This document shows positions 1-13,045 of a stretch of DNA of 64,000 nucleotides, piece after piece. The translations under genes were made by a program, and so were the position numbers. The notes below the pieces were generated by a model. It did no database searches. It was not told the DNA's origin and saw only the letters and a program-made list of their open reading frames with translations. Source of the stretch: Chiloscyllium plagiosum (Eukaryota); the NCBI RefSeq assembly GCF_004010195.1, contig NC_057711.1:83618465-83682464 (forward strand), written 5' to 3'. Numbering within the stretch: the stretch's first letter is position 1; every line of letters starts with the position of its first letter.

Positions 1-303
1 GGAGGCGGTGGATGGGAGATCCCCTGAGGTGATGAGGTTATGGATGGTCTGGGAGACGATGGTTTGGTGGTGGGAGGTGTGGTCATGGTCAAGGGGGCAG
101 TAGGAGGAGGTGTCCGCGCGCTGGCGTTTAGCCTCAGTGGTATAAAGGTCGATGCGCCAAACTACTACCACGCCTCCCTTGTCTGCCAGTTTGATAGTGA
201 GGTTCTGGTTGGAGCGGAGGGAGTGGAGGGCTGCACGTTCCGAGGGTGAGAGGTTGGAGTGGGTGAGAGGGGTGGAGAAGTTGAGGCGGTTAATGTCGCG
301 GCG
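1..303 (-). mobile_element. Penelope-like element ORF fragment (N-terminal DKG region upstream of RT), running off the window
   Basis: Manual minus-strand translation is open: RRDINRLNFSTPLTHSNLSPSERAALHSLRSNQNLTIKLADKGGVVVVWRIDLY...; NLS..E..AL..L...I.IK.ADKGG.VV is the PLE DKG motif. Confidence 0.85.
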
Positions 304-990
304 GCATTAACTCAACTTCTCCACCCCTCTCACCCACTCCAAGCTCCATTCTCTACTCCCATTACTGATCTGGGCCAAACGATGCGTACACCACTTAGTA
401 CACTTGTATGAACAGTCTTACTGGGTTACCTCTGAAAATCAAGTACCCAGAAATGCTGATGTTAAAATTTCACACTCATCCAGTGATTCTGTCCTTCATC
501 CATGGCCTTTTAAGGGATGGATGGAGAATCTGTCTAACAAGAGGCCCTATTGAAATCTAAACATTAAGCTTGACCCATAAATCCATTCTTTCTGTTGAAC
601 CTCAGTTCGAGTTACTGCAAACACATGTTGGAAGGGCTGAGGGGTTTTAACCACTAAAAAAAACTGAAAAAATGTAATATCTCTAGGAAAACAGTCACAA
701 AGGTTTTTACTGCAACCTGTTCAAGGTTCTAAAGGATAGTGCGATGAGATTTTGTCTCCAGCAGATTATTTTACTGATGTGACAGAATTTGTGTTATTCT
801 TTGAAGCATAAGATATTGAATGTGGATATCGTGTTACCAAATGTTCCAACAGGCATATTACAGCTAGCTATCATGTGGAAATGATACATTCCACAGTTAA
901 TATGCAACTGGACTGATATTAACCCGTTGGTTACAACAAGGTTGCATCTTTCTTATGGTGTGCATGTTTCAAGTGATCCTGGTGTAAGAT

Positions 991-1294
991 GGCGGCATGG
1001 TGGCTCAGTGTTAGCACTGCTGCCTCACAGCACAGGTATCCCAGATTCAATTCCAACCATGGGTGACTGTCTGTGTGGACTTTGCTTGTTCTCCCCATGT
1101 CTGCGTGGGTTTCCTCCGGGTGCTCCGGTTTCTTCCCACAGTCCAAAGATGTGCAGGTCAGGTGAATTGGCCATGCTAAATTGCCCATAGTGTTCAGTGC
1201 ATTAGTCAGAGGGAAATGGGTCTGGGTGGGTTACTCTTCGGAGGGTTGGTTGGGCTGAAGGACCTGATTCCAAACTGTAGGGAATCTAATCTAA
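991..1294 (+). mobile_element. HE1-like tRNA-derived SINE
   Basis: GGCGGCATGGTGGCTCAGTGTTAGCACTGCTGCCTCACAGC head with A/B-box-like motifs; (AATCT)n tail; TAAGATG repeated at 985-991 and 1292-1298. Confidence 0.9.
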
Positions 1295-1699
1295 GATGAA
1301 AACCTTTATTCCCTCAAGTCACATACATTAAAATGTGTCCCGATGTAATAACCATGAGACCTAAAAGAACATTATATATACCTAAAAATGATAAACCGTG
1401 TTTATATTCTTTAGATTCTGGTATTTCCAATTTCAGATCTCAGCGTTTTCATTTTATTTTTCATTTTCATAACTATATCTGAATTTAGACATGGCAACTG
1501 ATGATTTAATAACATATTGTGGGATTCCATTTCATAATTTGAGAAGAAAGCTGCAAAATGGGTTTTGCTGAATGCACATAAGTTTCCTGAAACATCTCAT
1601 TCCCAGCATAATGTCATATGCATATGACAAAAATGATTTCACTTACCAAATGTTTGATGATTTGGGCAGGTCATTCTGACACCAGTAAATGAGGACCGT

Positions 1700-2190
1700 A
1701 TCATAGTGTCCCTGCAAGATCAACTCGGCTTGTCCCAGTCCCTCACATTTTTCCATAGTCCTTATATTTTTTGCATTCCCTTTTGTAGTTCAGAAATGAA
1801 TCCAACTTTAAAACATTATTGGACAGTGCATTCCAGATCTTAACCACTCACAGCATTGAAATGTTTTCCCCATGTTGCCTTCATTTCTTTTCATTCCTCT
1901 TAAATTGGTACCCTCTTATTCTGAACGATTTCAACAATGAAAATAATTTGTTTCCAATTGCTCTATCCAGTGTCTTGTGATTTCAACTATCCAGTATCTT
2001 GTGATTTCCCACTGAATCTTCTCTACTCTAAAGAGAATAGCCCTTGCTTTTACTTCTTTCCTTATAACTGCAGTGCCATTTCTGATATATATTCTACAGT
2101 GTTATCACATTCTTTCTAAAATGTAGTGCCCCAAATCAGACACAATATTCCATTTGAGACTGATCCATGTTCTATAAAGTTATCATTTTG
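1700..2190 (-). mobile_element. Highly degraded CR1 LINE 3' fragment
   Basis: Resembles the reverse complement of the better-preserved CR1 3' regions in the window (gtgcattccagatcttaaccact; gtgccccaaatcagacacaatattcc). Confidence 0.55.
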
Positions 2191-2799
2191 AGGCTGGCAG
2201 AAGTTCAGGGGAAGGTGAACACCTGGATGGTCATTCTGTTTGGACTTCAGGCAACTCTCTGAATGACCCCTTTCCACATTGGGCACATCTACCAATCACC
2301 CAAGACCAGCTCCCTGATGGTTTTATAATCAGCCATTTCACCAAGTTCCACACCACACATCCCCATAACCAAGAGCCACACTGCCCCTCATGCCATGAGA
2401 CTCACATAGTTCATCTAATCCTGAACTCTGGGACTTAGAATCTGGGAATTGACTGTAGTCTCAGTCAATACCCAAGTATATCCAGAAGAGCAGTTTGAGA
2501 ACCAATACCTAGGGAACACCATAATATATCTCCCTCCAGTCAACTACTGTTTAATGTTATTCAATTTCTGATCATACAGCTATTGTCCATGAAGTTTCAA
2601 TTTGCTAACAAGTCTATTATGTGGCATTACTGACACCAGCATTGATGGAAATACTGACCTGTCACCCACTCTGAGGTGGAACTTCAGCCAATGAATACGC
2701 CCTTAAACATCAAGTAGCTAGTAGCAGGCAGGGAAATCCCACCATCCAAAAGTTCCTACCCTTTGCCTGTACTTCAAAAGTTCAGGATCCCACATATTG

Positions 2800-3335
2800 T
2801 ATTGACCATTTTCTCAATGTATCCTTCCATCCTTAATGATTTGAGCACATATACTCAATTCCTTACCACTTTAGGATTATATCCTTTATATTGTATTGCC
2901 TCTCATCATTCTTTACACTAAAATATAACAATTCACATTTATCTGCATTATATTTCACTAACCACATCTCTGCCCATACCAGCAGCATGACTTGTGAAGT
3001 TGCTTACCATCCTCCTCATAGTTCAGAAGAAATCCAAGGATTGCATCATCAACAAAATGTTGAAATTGTTTCTGGTATACCCAAGTATACCCAGAAGATC
3101 AGTTTGAGAACCAATACCTAGGGAACATCATAATATGTCTCCCTTCAGTCAACTACTGTTTCCTATTTTTCAAATAACTTTCTAACCATACTGCTATTGC
3201 CCATGAAGTTTGACTTTGCTAACAAGTCTATTATGTGGCATTTTATCAAGTTCCTTTTGAAAGTCTACGTATACTACATCAGTTGCATTACTTTCATCAA
3301 CTGTCTCTGCTATCAAACTCAAGCAAGTTAGTTGA
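2800..3335 (-). mobile_element. Degraded CR1 LINE RT fragment
   Basis: catcatcaacaaa (FADD-like on minus) and tgtggcattttatcaagttccttttgaaagtc (DF.KAFDK.PH-like on minus). Confidence 0.6.
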
Positions 3336-5704
3336 TAAGGACTTCACTTTTTTTGTTAAGGGGCAAAGAATTTTCATATATAGACGCTGACCAATAATTG
3401 GAGAAAAAAAAAGATATTAATCATCCCTCTGTGCTCTGGTCAAAAAACATGTTGTGGTCCACTAAAGCTACATGATAATACACTTTGTAACACAATAATT
3501 TTTAGTCAATGGAAAATCAACAAAATAGCTGCAGTTGAGAATTGGTCAGGTACTAATAAATAACCAGGTGTGCATTAATGGGTGACTTACATTTAGCAGT
3601 AAGTCTGAAACAGGAAATGCGCTGACTATGTACTGACTTAATAAAGTGCCCTCATCACTAATTAATGTAGACTTTTGAATGACCCAATGCCTGGTCAAAG
3701 ATGATACAATCAAATGTAAAGTTAATAACATGTAGCCAATGTGGTATGAACTCAATTTTTTGCATGTCTTGAAGATAGCTGAGAAATTCAGCCTTGCACA
3801 CATATGAACTCACAGTTGTTAATGAAAGAAAGTAAAATCAATTTTCTAAAAGCTCAATTTGATCCAGATTTAAGGCATTTTTGATATTTTCTTTAATGTG
3901 CCCAGTTCAATTAATTTCTAATTTTATTCAAATTATTTTCCGATAGATGCAATTTTATGTTTATGTCTGACTGTACTGTAATAATCCAAACATGAAGGAA
4001 TCTAAATCACATTTTAATTCGGGCAAAAACAATGATCTGGATTAGGAATCAATAATTAACACATATTCACCTAAAATTTTGAAATAGTGTCTTTAAAGTC
4101 AAACAAAAATTTATTAACATAATATTCCATTTCCTATTTCATTGTTATGACTGTATTAAAATTAGATTTTCAATTTTATGAAAAGAAATCTGGAAGGACT
4201 TTTTCACACAAATGGTCATGTTAATCTGAAAGTCTCTAATCATAAAAGGCTGTGAATACTGATATTTTTAGGCTGAAATCATTAAAATTTTGTTAGATAA
4301 ATATATCAAAAGATATGGAGCAAAGAAGCAACGTTTCTATCTTTCTATGTTTCTGCTACTACCCTAAGACTCCTCAGAACTAGTGCAAGTTTAAGGCAAA
4401 AGCCTAACAGAAATCAATGGAGCCGTCTAAGATATTTGGTCAGTAATGATAGGCTGCTGCTCCATACTCAGTTCATCATTAGATTTCTGCAGGGTCACGG
4501 GAATTTCAAAATTCAGATGTTAAAACAAAAGGACAGAGGAATCAGCAATATGGAATCACTCAATGAATTACTCACTGATCCTGCCTCCCTTAACCTGATA
4601 ACACTGGGTGTTGGCTATTTATTGATAATCAACAATACAATTCCGACATCTAAGGTATTCCAGGCCAGGGTCATGTCTTGGAAGATTCAAACAAGACACT
4701 TGAAATATTTCAAACCATGTTCAAGTTATGCAACTATAGAAAGCCTGATAAATCATTTGACCACCTGATGTGACCCACAGTTCCTGTTTGACGTGCTCCT
4801 TTATAGTAGGCTTTGCCTTCTCTTGCACTTCCTGCACTGGCTGTTCTTTGGTAAGATTTTGTGGCTCAAGAGATGCTGGTGGTCATCTGCGGTAGTGCGG
4901 TCCAATTTGCCTTCTTTTATTGGGTTGATTTAATTCAGAATATTGCAATTGTACAAAATTGTCAAAGAGGGTAGGTTTTCAACAGGAAGCAAACCAAATC
5001 AAGGATTGCTATATTGAACTGCGTTACCAAAGGTCACCCAACCTGTGCATCATAAAAGCAAAGCAAGGAAGCCATCACTCTCTCACAGAAATTATTCTGC
5101 CCAGTCTGCCTAAGGGAGTAGCCTCCAAATATTCAACTACATTAGTCGTCACAGCTGCTAAATTCTGACTTCAAATTTTCAACCCCATCTCTGTGAAAAG
5201 AGAATATTCAAGATCTTCAATAGATCTTCAACAATCTTAGAGATTGATTTAATTTTCGCCTTTATACATTTCTTTAATTCTTGCTTACTTTTAATCTATC
5301 TGTATTTATTAGTTTATAACCTTTACTTAAAGAACTTCTAGCAGTAGCTGTTTTAAAAAACTTTGATCTTGTTTAAAGTATTAAATTATGTTGTCAATTA
5401 TTTTTAAATTGTAACATCCATAAACAAAAAAAGGATATAAATTAATGATACAAAAATGCAATTCACATCCCACTGTACATGCCAAATATGTTTTTTACAT
5501 ATCTACATGATCTAGAAAAAGGGAAGAAAACTAAACGTTAGTATATAGTTTTATTAGTACAACAGATCAGTAATGACATTAATGAATCTGAACTCTCCCT
5601 GAAATTACAGATAAATAGGAATGAAAGTTGGAAATGAAAGATGCTAACATACGGGAGCCTGTGCCAATTTTTCACTATCACCGATGCTGATTTTTAAAAA
5701 AAAT

Positions 5705-6015
5705 AATTCACAGAATGCTGGTGTCTGCTTCCTTGAGCCATTTATTGCCCCATTGCTAGATGCCCAAAGGACAGTTAAGAGTCAACCGCATTGCTTTAAT
5801 TCTGGGATCACGTCAGACAGACTAAGTAAAGACAACAGATCTGAATGACATAACAAAACCAGATCAGTTTTTCTGACAATGGTTCCATGGTGATCTTGAT
5901 ACCTCTAAAGTCCAGATTTACACCTGGTTCGGCGGGATTTGAATCCACATTCTCAGAACAGTAACTGGGTCTCTGCATTAATAGTTAAGCGATAATACCA
6001 TGGGGTCATCACTTC
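5705..6015 (-). mobile_element. tRNA-derived SINE sharing a LINE 3' tail (second SINE family)
   Basis: catttattgcccc...ttaagagtcaacc...ggatttgaatcc; same family as 12715-13045 and 49570-49895. Confidence 0.65.
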
Positions 6016-6039
6016 CCTCTAATAAGTTATTCAAACACA

Positions 6040-6470
6040 ATATCCCATTAAAAAAATCATATTGGCAGTGACTGATTTATGGTATTATTTTCTAAATATC
6101 TTGCTATTATTGCTTTAATGATAGATTCTAACATTTTCCCAATCAAAAATAATAATCTTTGTAGCATTGTATGCTTTTTTTCTTTCATTTTAATATTATC
6201 CTTAACTTCCACATTTAGCCATGGATAATGAATCTTTTTCATATACTTTATTTCTCAATGTAAAGTATCTCGCTGGCAATTATTAAATATTTCCTTAAAT
6301 GCTTGCAACTTCTTTCTTGTCATATTTTAAATCTGTTCCTCCAGTTCTCTATAACTAACAGTGGCCTCGTACCCTTGTAATTGTCTTTATTTAAAGTTTA
6401 AGTCTTGGACCAAAATTTCTCATATTCAAAATAAATGTAAAATCCAATCATATTATGGTCATCACCTTGT
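6040..6470 (-). mobile_element. Degraded CR1 ORF2 fragments
   Basis: ORF 6057-6242 contains PWL..EVKD.IK.KEK and IGKMLESIIK..IA.YLE...INQS, both typical CR1 ORF2 segments. Confidence 0.7.
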
Positions 6471-7389
6471 TTTGAGGTTGGGTTAGGCAGATTTTTGACT
6501 GACAAAAGAGTTAAGCTTTCTGAAGTAGAACCAGGAAATGGAATTGAAGCTACAATCAGATTAATTGTGATAGAATTGAATGGTGGAGCAAACCTGAGGG
6601 GCTGAAGGGCCATTCTAACTCCTAATGTTTTGTTCTTGTATCTCATGGCTCCTGATAAATCAGCAGGATATACGTCATATAACTAATCTCTGGTTTCACT
6701 CACACTTCAAAAAGGACCCACACAGTTGTGTTGCAATTTCCTTACCATTTGGCCATTAGTCTTCAATTAAGGCACATTAACATGTTTAAAATAATCTGCT
6801 TCCTTGACCATATAATCATAACATGTCAGAGCAGAAATAGGCCATTTGGTCCATTGCTTAACTGGTGCCATATATCATTTTAGCAAGACTTCCCTACTTT
6901 TATATTCCATGTTCATTTACAGTCCATTTACTTAACTTTTTACCTGTTGAACTTGAATGCTAGCTTTTTTGCTTCATGCACATGAACCCCTTAAACTTTT
7001 TGTGTGGCAGCTTTCTGCAGTCTTTCCCGACTTAAATATCATTTAGCTCTTATATTCTTTCTGTTAAAGTGCATAACCACACATTTTCCCACATTATATT
7101 CAAGCTGTCAGGTTTTTGCCTTGTTGGCAGCAGATTTACTCCTCTAAGAATTTGTCCTGAATAAACTCTATGAATTAATTTAGCAGGACATTATTGCCAA
7201 TCTGATTTGTGAAGTTCGTGAAGATTGAAATCACCCATGATTATTGCAATATCTTTCAGACAAGTCTCATGTATTTCTTCCTGTATACTCTGTTCTACTC
7301 TGCAGCTACTGTGAAGGGTCCTATAAATTACTCCAACAAATAATTATTACTTGTGCTATTTTTTTATCTCTGCCCAAACTCGATCTTGT

Positions 7390-8008
7390 AAGGTTCAGTC
7401 ACATGGAATACAGACAAACTAGCCATTTGGATATAAATTTGGCTCGAAGGTAGAAAAGAGAGGGTGGTGGTGGAGGGTTGCTTTTCAGATTGGAGGCCTG
7501 TGACCAGTGGTGTGTCACAATGATCAGTGCTGGGTTTTTTTTATCATTTATATAAAATGATTTGGCTGTGAATGTAGGAAGAATACTTAGTATGTTTGCA
7601 GATAACATCAAAATTGGAGGTGTCGTGGACAGCCAAAAAAAGTTATCGCAGAGTAGAATGGGATCTTGATCGGATGGGCCAATGGACTCAGCAGTGGCAG
7701 ATGGATTTTATTTTTTTTTAAATGTGAGGCCTGCATTTTGAAAAGGCAAATTGGGGCAGGACTTATACACCTAATGGTAAGGTCTTGGGGAGTGTTGCTG
7801 AACCAAGAGACCCTGTATTGCAGATTCATAGTTCTTTGAAAGTGGAGTCCCAGGTAGACAGGATAGGTATTTGGTATGCTTGCCTTTATTGGTGAGTGCA
7901 TTGAGTACAGAAATTGGGAGGTCATGTTGTGGTTGTACAGGACATTGATTAGGCCATTGTTGGAATACTGTGTGCTATTCTGGTGTTCCTGCTATAGGAA
8001 GGATGCAG
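7390..8008 (+). mobile_element. CR1/HER1-like LINE RT fragment
   Basis: Encodes LAFIGECIEYRNWEVMLWLYRTLIRPLLEYCVLFW, homologous to the ORF at 62782-63999. Confidence 0.9.
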
Positions 8009-8082
8009 TTGTTGTGGGTATGTTCGCTGAGCTGGGAATTTGGTTTGCAGACATTCCGGCCCCTTTCTGGGTGACATCCTGA
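8009..8082 (-). mobile_element. Short Penelope terminal-repeat fragment (family of 24744-25192)
   Basis: gttgttgtgggtatgttcgctgagctgggaatttggtttgcagac...gtgacatcct matches 23745-23806. Confidence 0.75.
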
Positions 8083-8503
8083 ACTGTCACCAGGGACAGT
8101 TGACCTTCTCTCTGATCTCCCACATCTGACAGGAGCAGCATACCACTCCACTGACTGCTATCTCTGCCCCTTTAACAACTAATGGTTTGGGGGAGAAAAA
8201 TCTTCCCCTTTCCTGTTGCTGCTTGCCTTCCTCAACAAAGTTGGTACTCACCTAGGCCTGCTCTTAGATCTAACTAGCAGCACCTCGACCACAAAGCAGC
8301 CCCTTGCAAAAAATGATTGGAACAAGACAAGGCAATGCCTCCTTCCTCCATTTGCCGAAAGTCCCACAATTAGCTCAATTCCTTGCACTTATACTCTCTT
8401 GTCATCCTGCTCATAAAAGAATCAATAAGGTCACTTGACAGTCTTCTATGTGTTAGATATCACAAGTTCATTGCACTGAATTTTCATCATTTCTTTCTTA
8501 CAG

Positions 8504-9000
8504 TTCCAAGATGACAGTGGAGTAGGCTTCTAAGCTGGACCTTGTCCATTCTGACCCTTTTTCTTTCTTCTTTCTCGCTTTATTTTATTTTTGATTTTAG
8601 TTTATCACTCTACTTACCTTCTAGGGGGATCTCGGTCATGGAGGCAGTGGCAGCAAGCTGGGGGCCCAGAGTGCGGACTTTGTCAGTCAGCCACGATGCA
8701 GTAGGTCTGCCCGGGCAGAACTCTTGAGGTCGGCATCATCATGGAAGTAGCTGAGGGCCTGAAGCAGCACCAGAGCAGGAGTCTAGTGGCCTGTGGTGAG
8801 GTACCTGATGAGCCCAGGTGGGCAGTCAACAGCAAGACGGCAGCACAGAGGCAAGGGGATTGAAAGATTCAGCCCAGAAATCAAGCCTTCATGGGGAAAG
8901 CCAGTGTGAAGTAACTGTGGACCCATGGTTAAAAAAAGCACTGTAACTTAGAACGTTTACATTTATTTCTTACTTACTTCCTTAAAATGTTATGAAGTTG
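8504..9000 (+). mobile_element. Degraded non-autonomous element of the 51104-51620 type
   Basis: Starts TTCCAAGATGACAGTGGAGTAG, then a T-rich tract and a GC-rich GGCAGC body, as in 51104-51620. Confidence 0.45.
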
Positions 9001-9459
9001 ATGGCACGAACTGGGACCTGAGGATCCAATAATTTGCTTAGTCGTACTTCCCTGGTAATTGCAATTTTCTTTATTTTCTCCCTCTCTTCCATTTCTTTGT
9101 ATCCAGCTATTTCTGGATGGTTGCATATATAGTGACAACCAATGTAAAGTACCTGCTAAATTAATTACCATCTTCTCATGTTTCATTATTAATTCCTCAG
9201 ATTCACTTCCTATAGGGCTCATGCTCACTTCATTAATTCTTTCTTGTTTTCAAAATTGTTATGAAATCAGCTGATGCTATTGCTGGACAAGTCACAGACT
9301 AAAACCTGTCTTGATAGGTCACAAATTGATTTGTTTTGGATTTAACATTGTGGTTTCTCACTGAAATATAAGCATGCAATGCTGTAAATTTTACTTTAAC
9401 AATAAAAAGAAGTTCATTAACAGAATAAATGAAGAGAAAATAGAATATTCCAAACTAAC

Positions 9460-10800
9460 ATAGAAACATTGAAACTAGGTGCAGGAACAGGCCATTTGGC
9501 CCTTTGAGCCTGCACTACCATTCAATATGATTGTGGAATTTCAGTATCCCATTCCCAGTTTCTTTCCAAAGCCCTTGATCCCTCTTGAATATATCTGATG
9601 AACTGGCCAGAGAATATCATAGGTTTACAACTCTCTGAGTGAAGAAACTCTTCCTCATCTCAGTCCAGAATGGCTTACCACTTATTCTTAGACAGTGACC
9701 CCTAGTTCTGGACTTTACCAAAATTGGGAACATTCTTTCCACATTTAGCCTATCCAGTCCCACTCATTCTTCTAAATTCCAGTGAGTACAAGCCCAATCT
9801 TAGAGTCATACAGCATGGAATCAGACCCTTCGGTCCACAAACCAGCCTTTCTTAATATGTCAGTCCTGTCATCTGGGAATCAGTTTGGTGAATCTTCACT
9901 GAACTCCCTCAATAACAAGAATTTCCTTCTTCAAACTAGGAGGCCAAAACTGCACACAATGCTCAAGATGTGACCTCACCAAGGCCCTATTCCTACTCCT
10001 ATACTTGTTATGTACCAGACCAGACCCCCTCGAAATATTTTTTAAGAAGTAGACCCTAATTTTTTCTTAATTTAAGGTTAGAGGTGAAGTGCTGTGTTGC
10101 GGATGTGATGCAACTCATCAAACCACTTGACGTTAAGCAAAACACATATTTAGTTAAGCACTGTTGTTAAAATACAAACAAAAGAAAGAGGATAATAGAA
10201 TAGCTTAACTATTGGAAAACTTACCTGAATAATATGTACAGTATCTGTTACTAATTAACTGTTCCAGTGTAGTCACATCCCAATACACAAAAAGTTAAAT
10301 TCAGATACAGATTCTTACATGCAGTTCTCCAAACCAGGAGAAAGAAACATCAAGAGAAAATTCAGAGAGTGTAGCAGCCATGAGATATTCACTGAAGCTT
10401 TTGAGACCCCAAACAGCTTCTGATGTTACTTGAAAAAAAACCCCAGAAATCTGCATCTGTGAGAGCTGATCAGACCCATTCAGGTTGCTTCCATTGTTCC
10501 AACTTTTTAAAAAACTCTAAATCCCTAAGACATCATAAGCTATTCACTTAACTTATCTTCAAGTAGCCAGTTCGGTACCTCTGCCTTACAACTTCTCCAA
10601 AAAAAAACACAGGACAAATAACCTTTTAAAGTGACAGCATTATCCCATATTCAAATCCTCTCACTATGAAGGCCAGCATGCCATTAGCTTTCCTCACTGC
10701 CTGCTGCACCTGCATGCCAACCTTCAGCGACTGTCCTACCATGACACCCAGGTCTCGTTGCTCCTCCCCTTTTCCTAAACTGCCGCTATTGAGATAATAT
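9460..10800 (-). mobile_element. CR1 LINE 3' fragment interrupted by a solo LTR
   Basis: catagaaacat tail and ccaaaactgcacacaat (YCVQFW on minus); the LINE resumes at 10652 (caaatcctctc) after the insertion. Confidence 0.8.
10006..10647 (-). mobile_element. Solo LTR (Gypsy-like), family of 48798-49436
   Basis: Begins TGTTATGTACCAGACCAGACCCCCTC, a reverse-complement match to the end of 48798-49436; flanked by TACT/TATT (imperfect 4-bp TSD). Confidence 0.7.
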
Positions 10801-11499
10801 CACCTAATATCTCAAATTCAAGGATGTCTTATAAACACAACAGAAGTATAACCAATTAATCCCCAAAGACTACTTAATAAATTAAAAATAAAAACAACAG
10901 CTTTTCCACAGTACCTCAAAAACATAGCATCCAAAGCACCATCCATACAATACTCACTGGAGTACCTGTCTTGAATAGCTCAGTGGGTTTAAGTCACTCC
11001 TCTACTAACATGTAGGCTGGAACTGCTAAAAGCAATTATACACCTTAAGGAATTATACATCTGAATTTAAATATACTCAGCTTTAAGCAACCTCTTCTGG
11101 GTTTATTTCAACACTTCTGATCTGGGACTAACATTAATTCTTCAGTTAAAGGTAGCCTATTTCATTATCTTCTTTCTTTCTCTGCAGTCTATACAGCTAC
11201 CTTTATCCAAGGGACCGCTCAAAACTCAGAGCAAATTTTAAATAAAACTCTCTCTAAACTATGGGTGTTTCCCTAATCTTAAACAAACAAGTTCCAGAAA
11301 TCTCTGATAAGACGTCGGACCCCAAAGGCTTTTATCTTGTAGAGTCACAAAGTCGTCCAAAGTAAACACAAATTAATTAGTGCTGCAAAAAAAATTTCCA
11401 AAGCCAGTCCTCAAAAAATGGTGTAAAATAACCAAAACTTACAATAAATGATCTTAAAAATAAATTACAAAATTTACATTATAAAATTTCTAAAGAAAC

Positions 11500-11970
11500 T
11501 ATTAACATCTATTTTGATATTTTTAGCTAGCTTTCTCTTGTATTTTACTTCTCTCCAAATTAATAATTTTGTCATTCTTTCCATCTTCTAACCTGCTGGG
11601 TCCAGAATTCTTTGTAGAATTATGTGCTTTTTCTTTACGTTTGATACTATCTTTAACTTTTTAAATAAACCACAAATAGTGAGTCTTCTTCATGGATGTT
11701 TTTTCTTTTTCATTGAAAAAGATCTGTTTTGTCAATTCTAAAGTATCCCCTAAAGGTCTGCCACAGCATGTCTGTTGACCCATCCCTTTACTGAAATTTT
11801 CAGTTCACTGTAACTAGCTCTGCTTTCATGCCCTTATAATTGTCATTATTTAAGTTTAACATGGTAGTCTTGGACCGATTTTTCACTCCATCAAATTGAA
11901 TGTTAAATTTAATCATAATCTGATTGCACCTAGAGGTGTTTTAACTATTAAGATAATCAAATAATCCTAT
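11500..11970 (-). mobile_element. Degraded CR1 ORF2 fragment
   Basis: Similar to 6150-6460 (ccttataattgtcattatttaagttta...gtcttggacc). Confidence 0.55.
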
Positions 11971-12239
11971 CAAATTGGTTGAACTGTGACATTTCCGCAA
12001 ACTCTTTCATGTTCTGGTGAGGAAGATCATTAAATGTATTGCAGCTACATATGGCTAGCAATTTGTGCATTAGTTGGTGCTTCCTCACTCCACTCACATA
12101 GCTTCTGACAGTAATATATGTTCACAAGCTACTCAAGGATATAGTACCAAAGATAGAAAGAAAAGTAAAAATAAATCCAGGGCAAGGATCTACTGGATTT
12201 AATATCAGTAGCAGTTTGGTAATAGAAAAAAAAGATTGA

Positions 12240-12700
12240 AGATGCCAACTCTAGATATAAAAGGTTCCACCCCAGGATACTTAAACACATAAATAAGAAA
12301 ATTGTATGTGTTCTAGTCTTGGTCTTCCAGCATTCTGTTGATCTAAAATTTCCCCCCAGTATTAGAAAAAGCTAATCTATTATCTAAAAAGGGTGGGAAA
12401 GACAAACTAGGAAACTTATTATTTTGTCGCCTGCAAACTAGTTATTAAGTGCAGATTGACAGAACATTAGGACAAATAAGAACAGATCAGAGAGCTAACG
12501 CAGATTTGACACAAACTTATTTGAATTTAATGAAGATTTTATGAACATACATAATGGATTGCCTATTGATGCCAACCATCTGGATTTCCAGAAGGCATTT
12601 GATAAAATTCCATTTTAGAAATAGTTAATAAACATTACTTTGCAAGGATCTGGAACCAAGCTATTGGCATTGGTAGAGAACTTTTTGAAAATTAATTTAC
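12240..12700 (+). mobile_element. Degraded CR1 RT fragment
   Basis: catctggatttccagaaggcatttgataaaattcca translates as HLDFQKAFDKIP. Confidence 0.7.
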
Positions 12701-12714
12701 AAGATGTAGGCATC

Positions 12715-13045
12715 CTGACTGGTCCAGCATTTATTGGTCATCACTAATTGCCCAGAGAGCTGTTAAGGGTCAACCACATACAGCTGTGGGCTTGGAGTCA
12801 CATGTCAACCAAATGAAGTAAGGCTGGCAGTTTTCTTCCTAAAAAGACATTAGTAAACTAAAGTGTATTTTCAACAATCAACAACTGTCACAGTTCAACT
12901 CTTATTTTGTTTGTTCATTGAAATCATGTTCCACCGTCTACCATGGTGGGATTTGAACCCAGGTCCCAGAATGTTAGTTCCCTGGATTAAAGGATCCAGG
13001 GATCTTTGAATTAATAACAATAATACCACTAGGCTATTGCCTCAC
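12715..13045 (-). mobile_element. tRNA-derived SINE (second family)
   Basis: ccagcatttattg tail, ggatttgaacccaggtc B-box-like motif (reverse), accactaggct head. Confidence 0.7.

Noticed and set aside
991..1060. tRNA-like A/B boxes
   Set aside because: SINE head with several copies in the window; no complete cloverleaf.
1647..1711. Small minus-strand exon candidate
   Set aside because: Weak polypyrimidine tract, and the acceptor lies in a probable LINE remnant.
1963..2008. 24-bp tandem duplication
   Set aside because: Ordinary slippage within a decayed LINE.
4740..4900. Minus-strand coding-like stretch (PPASLEPQNLTKEQPVQEVQEK...)
   Set aside because: Short, bounded by stops and without good splice sites; most likely an LTR-retrotransposon pol tail remnant that I cannot confirm.
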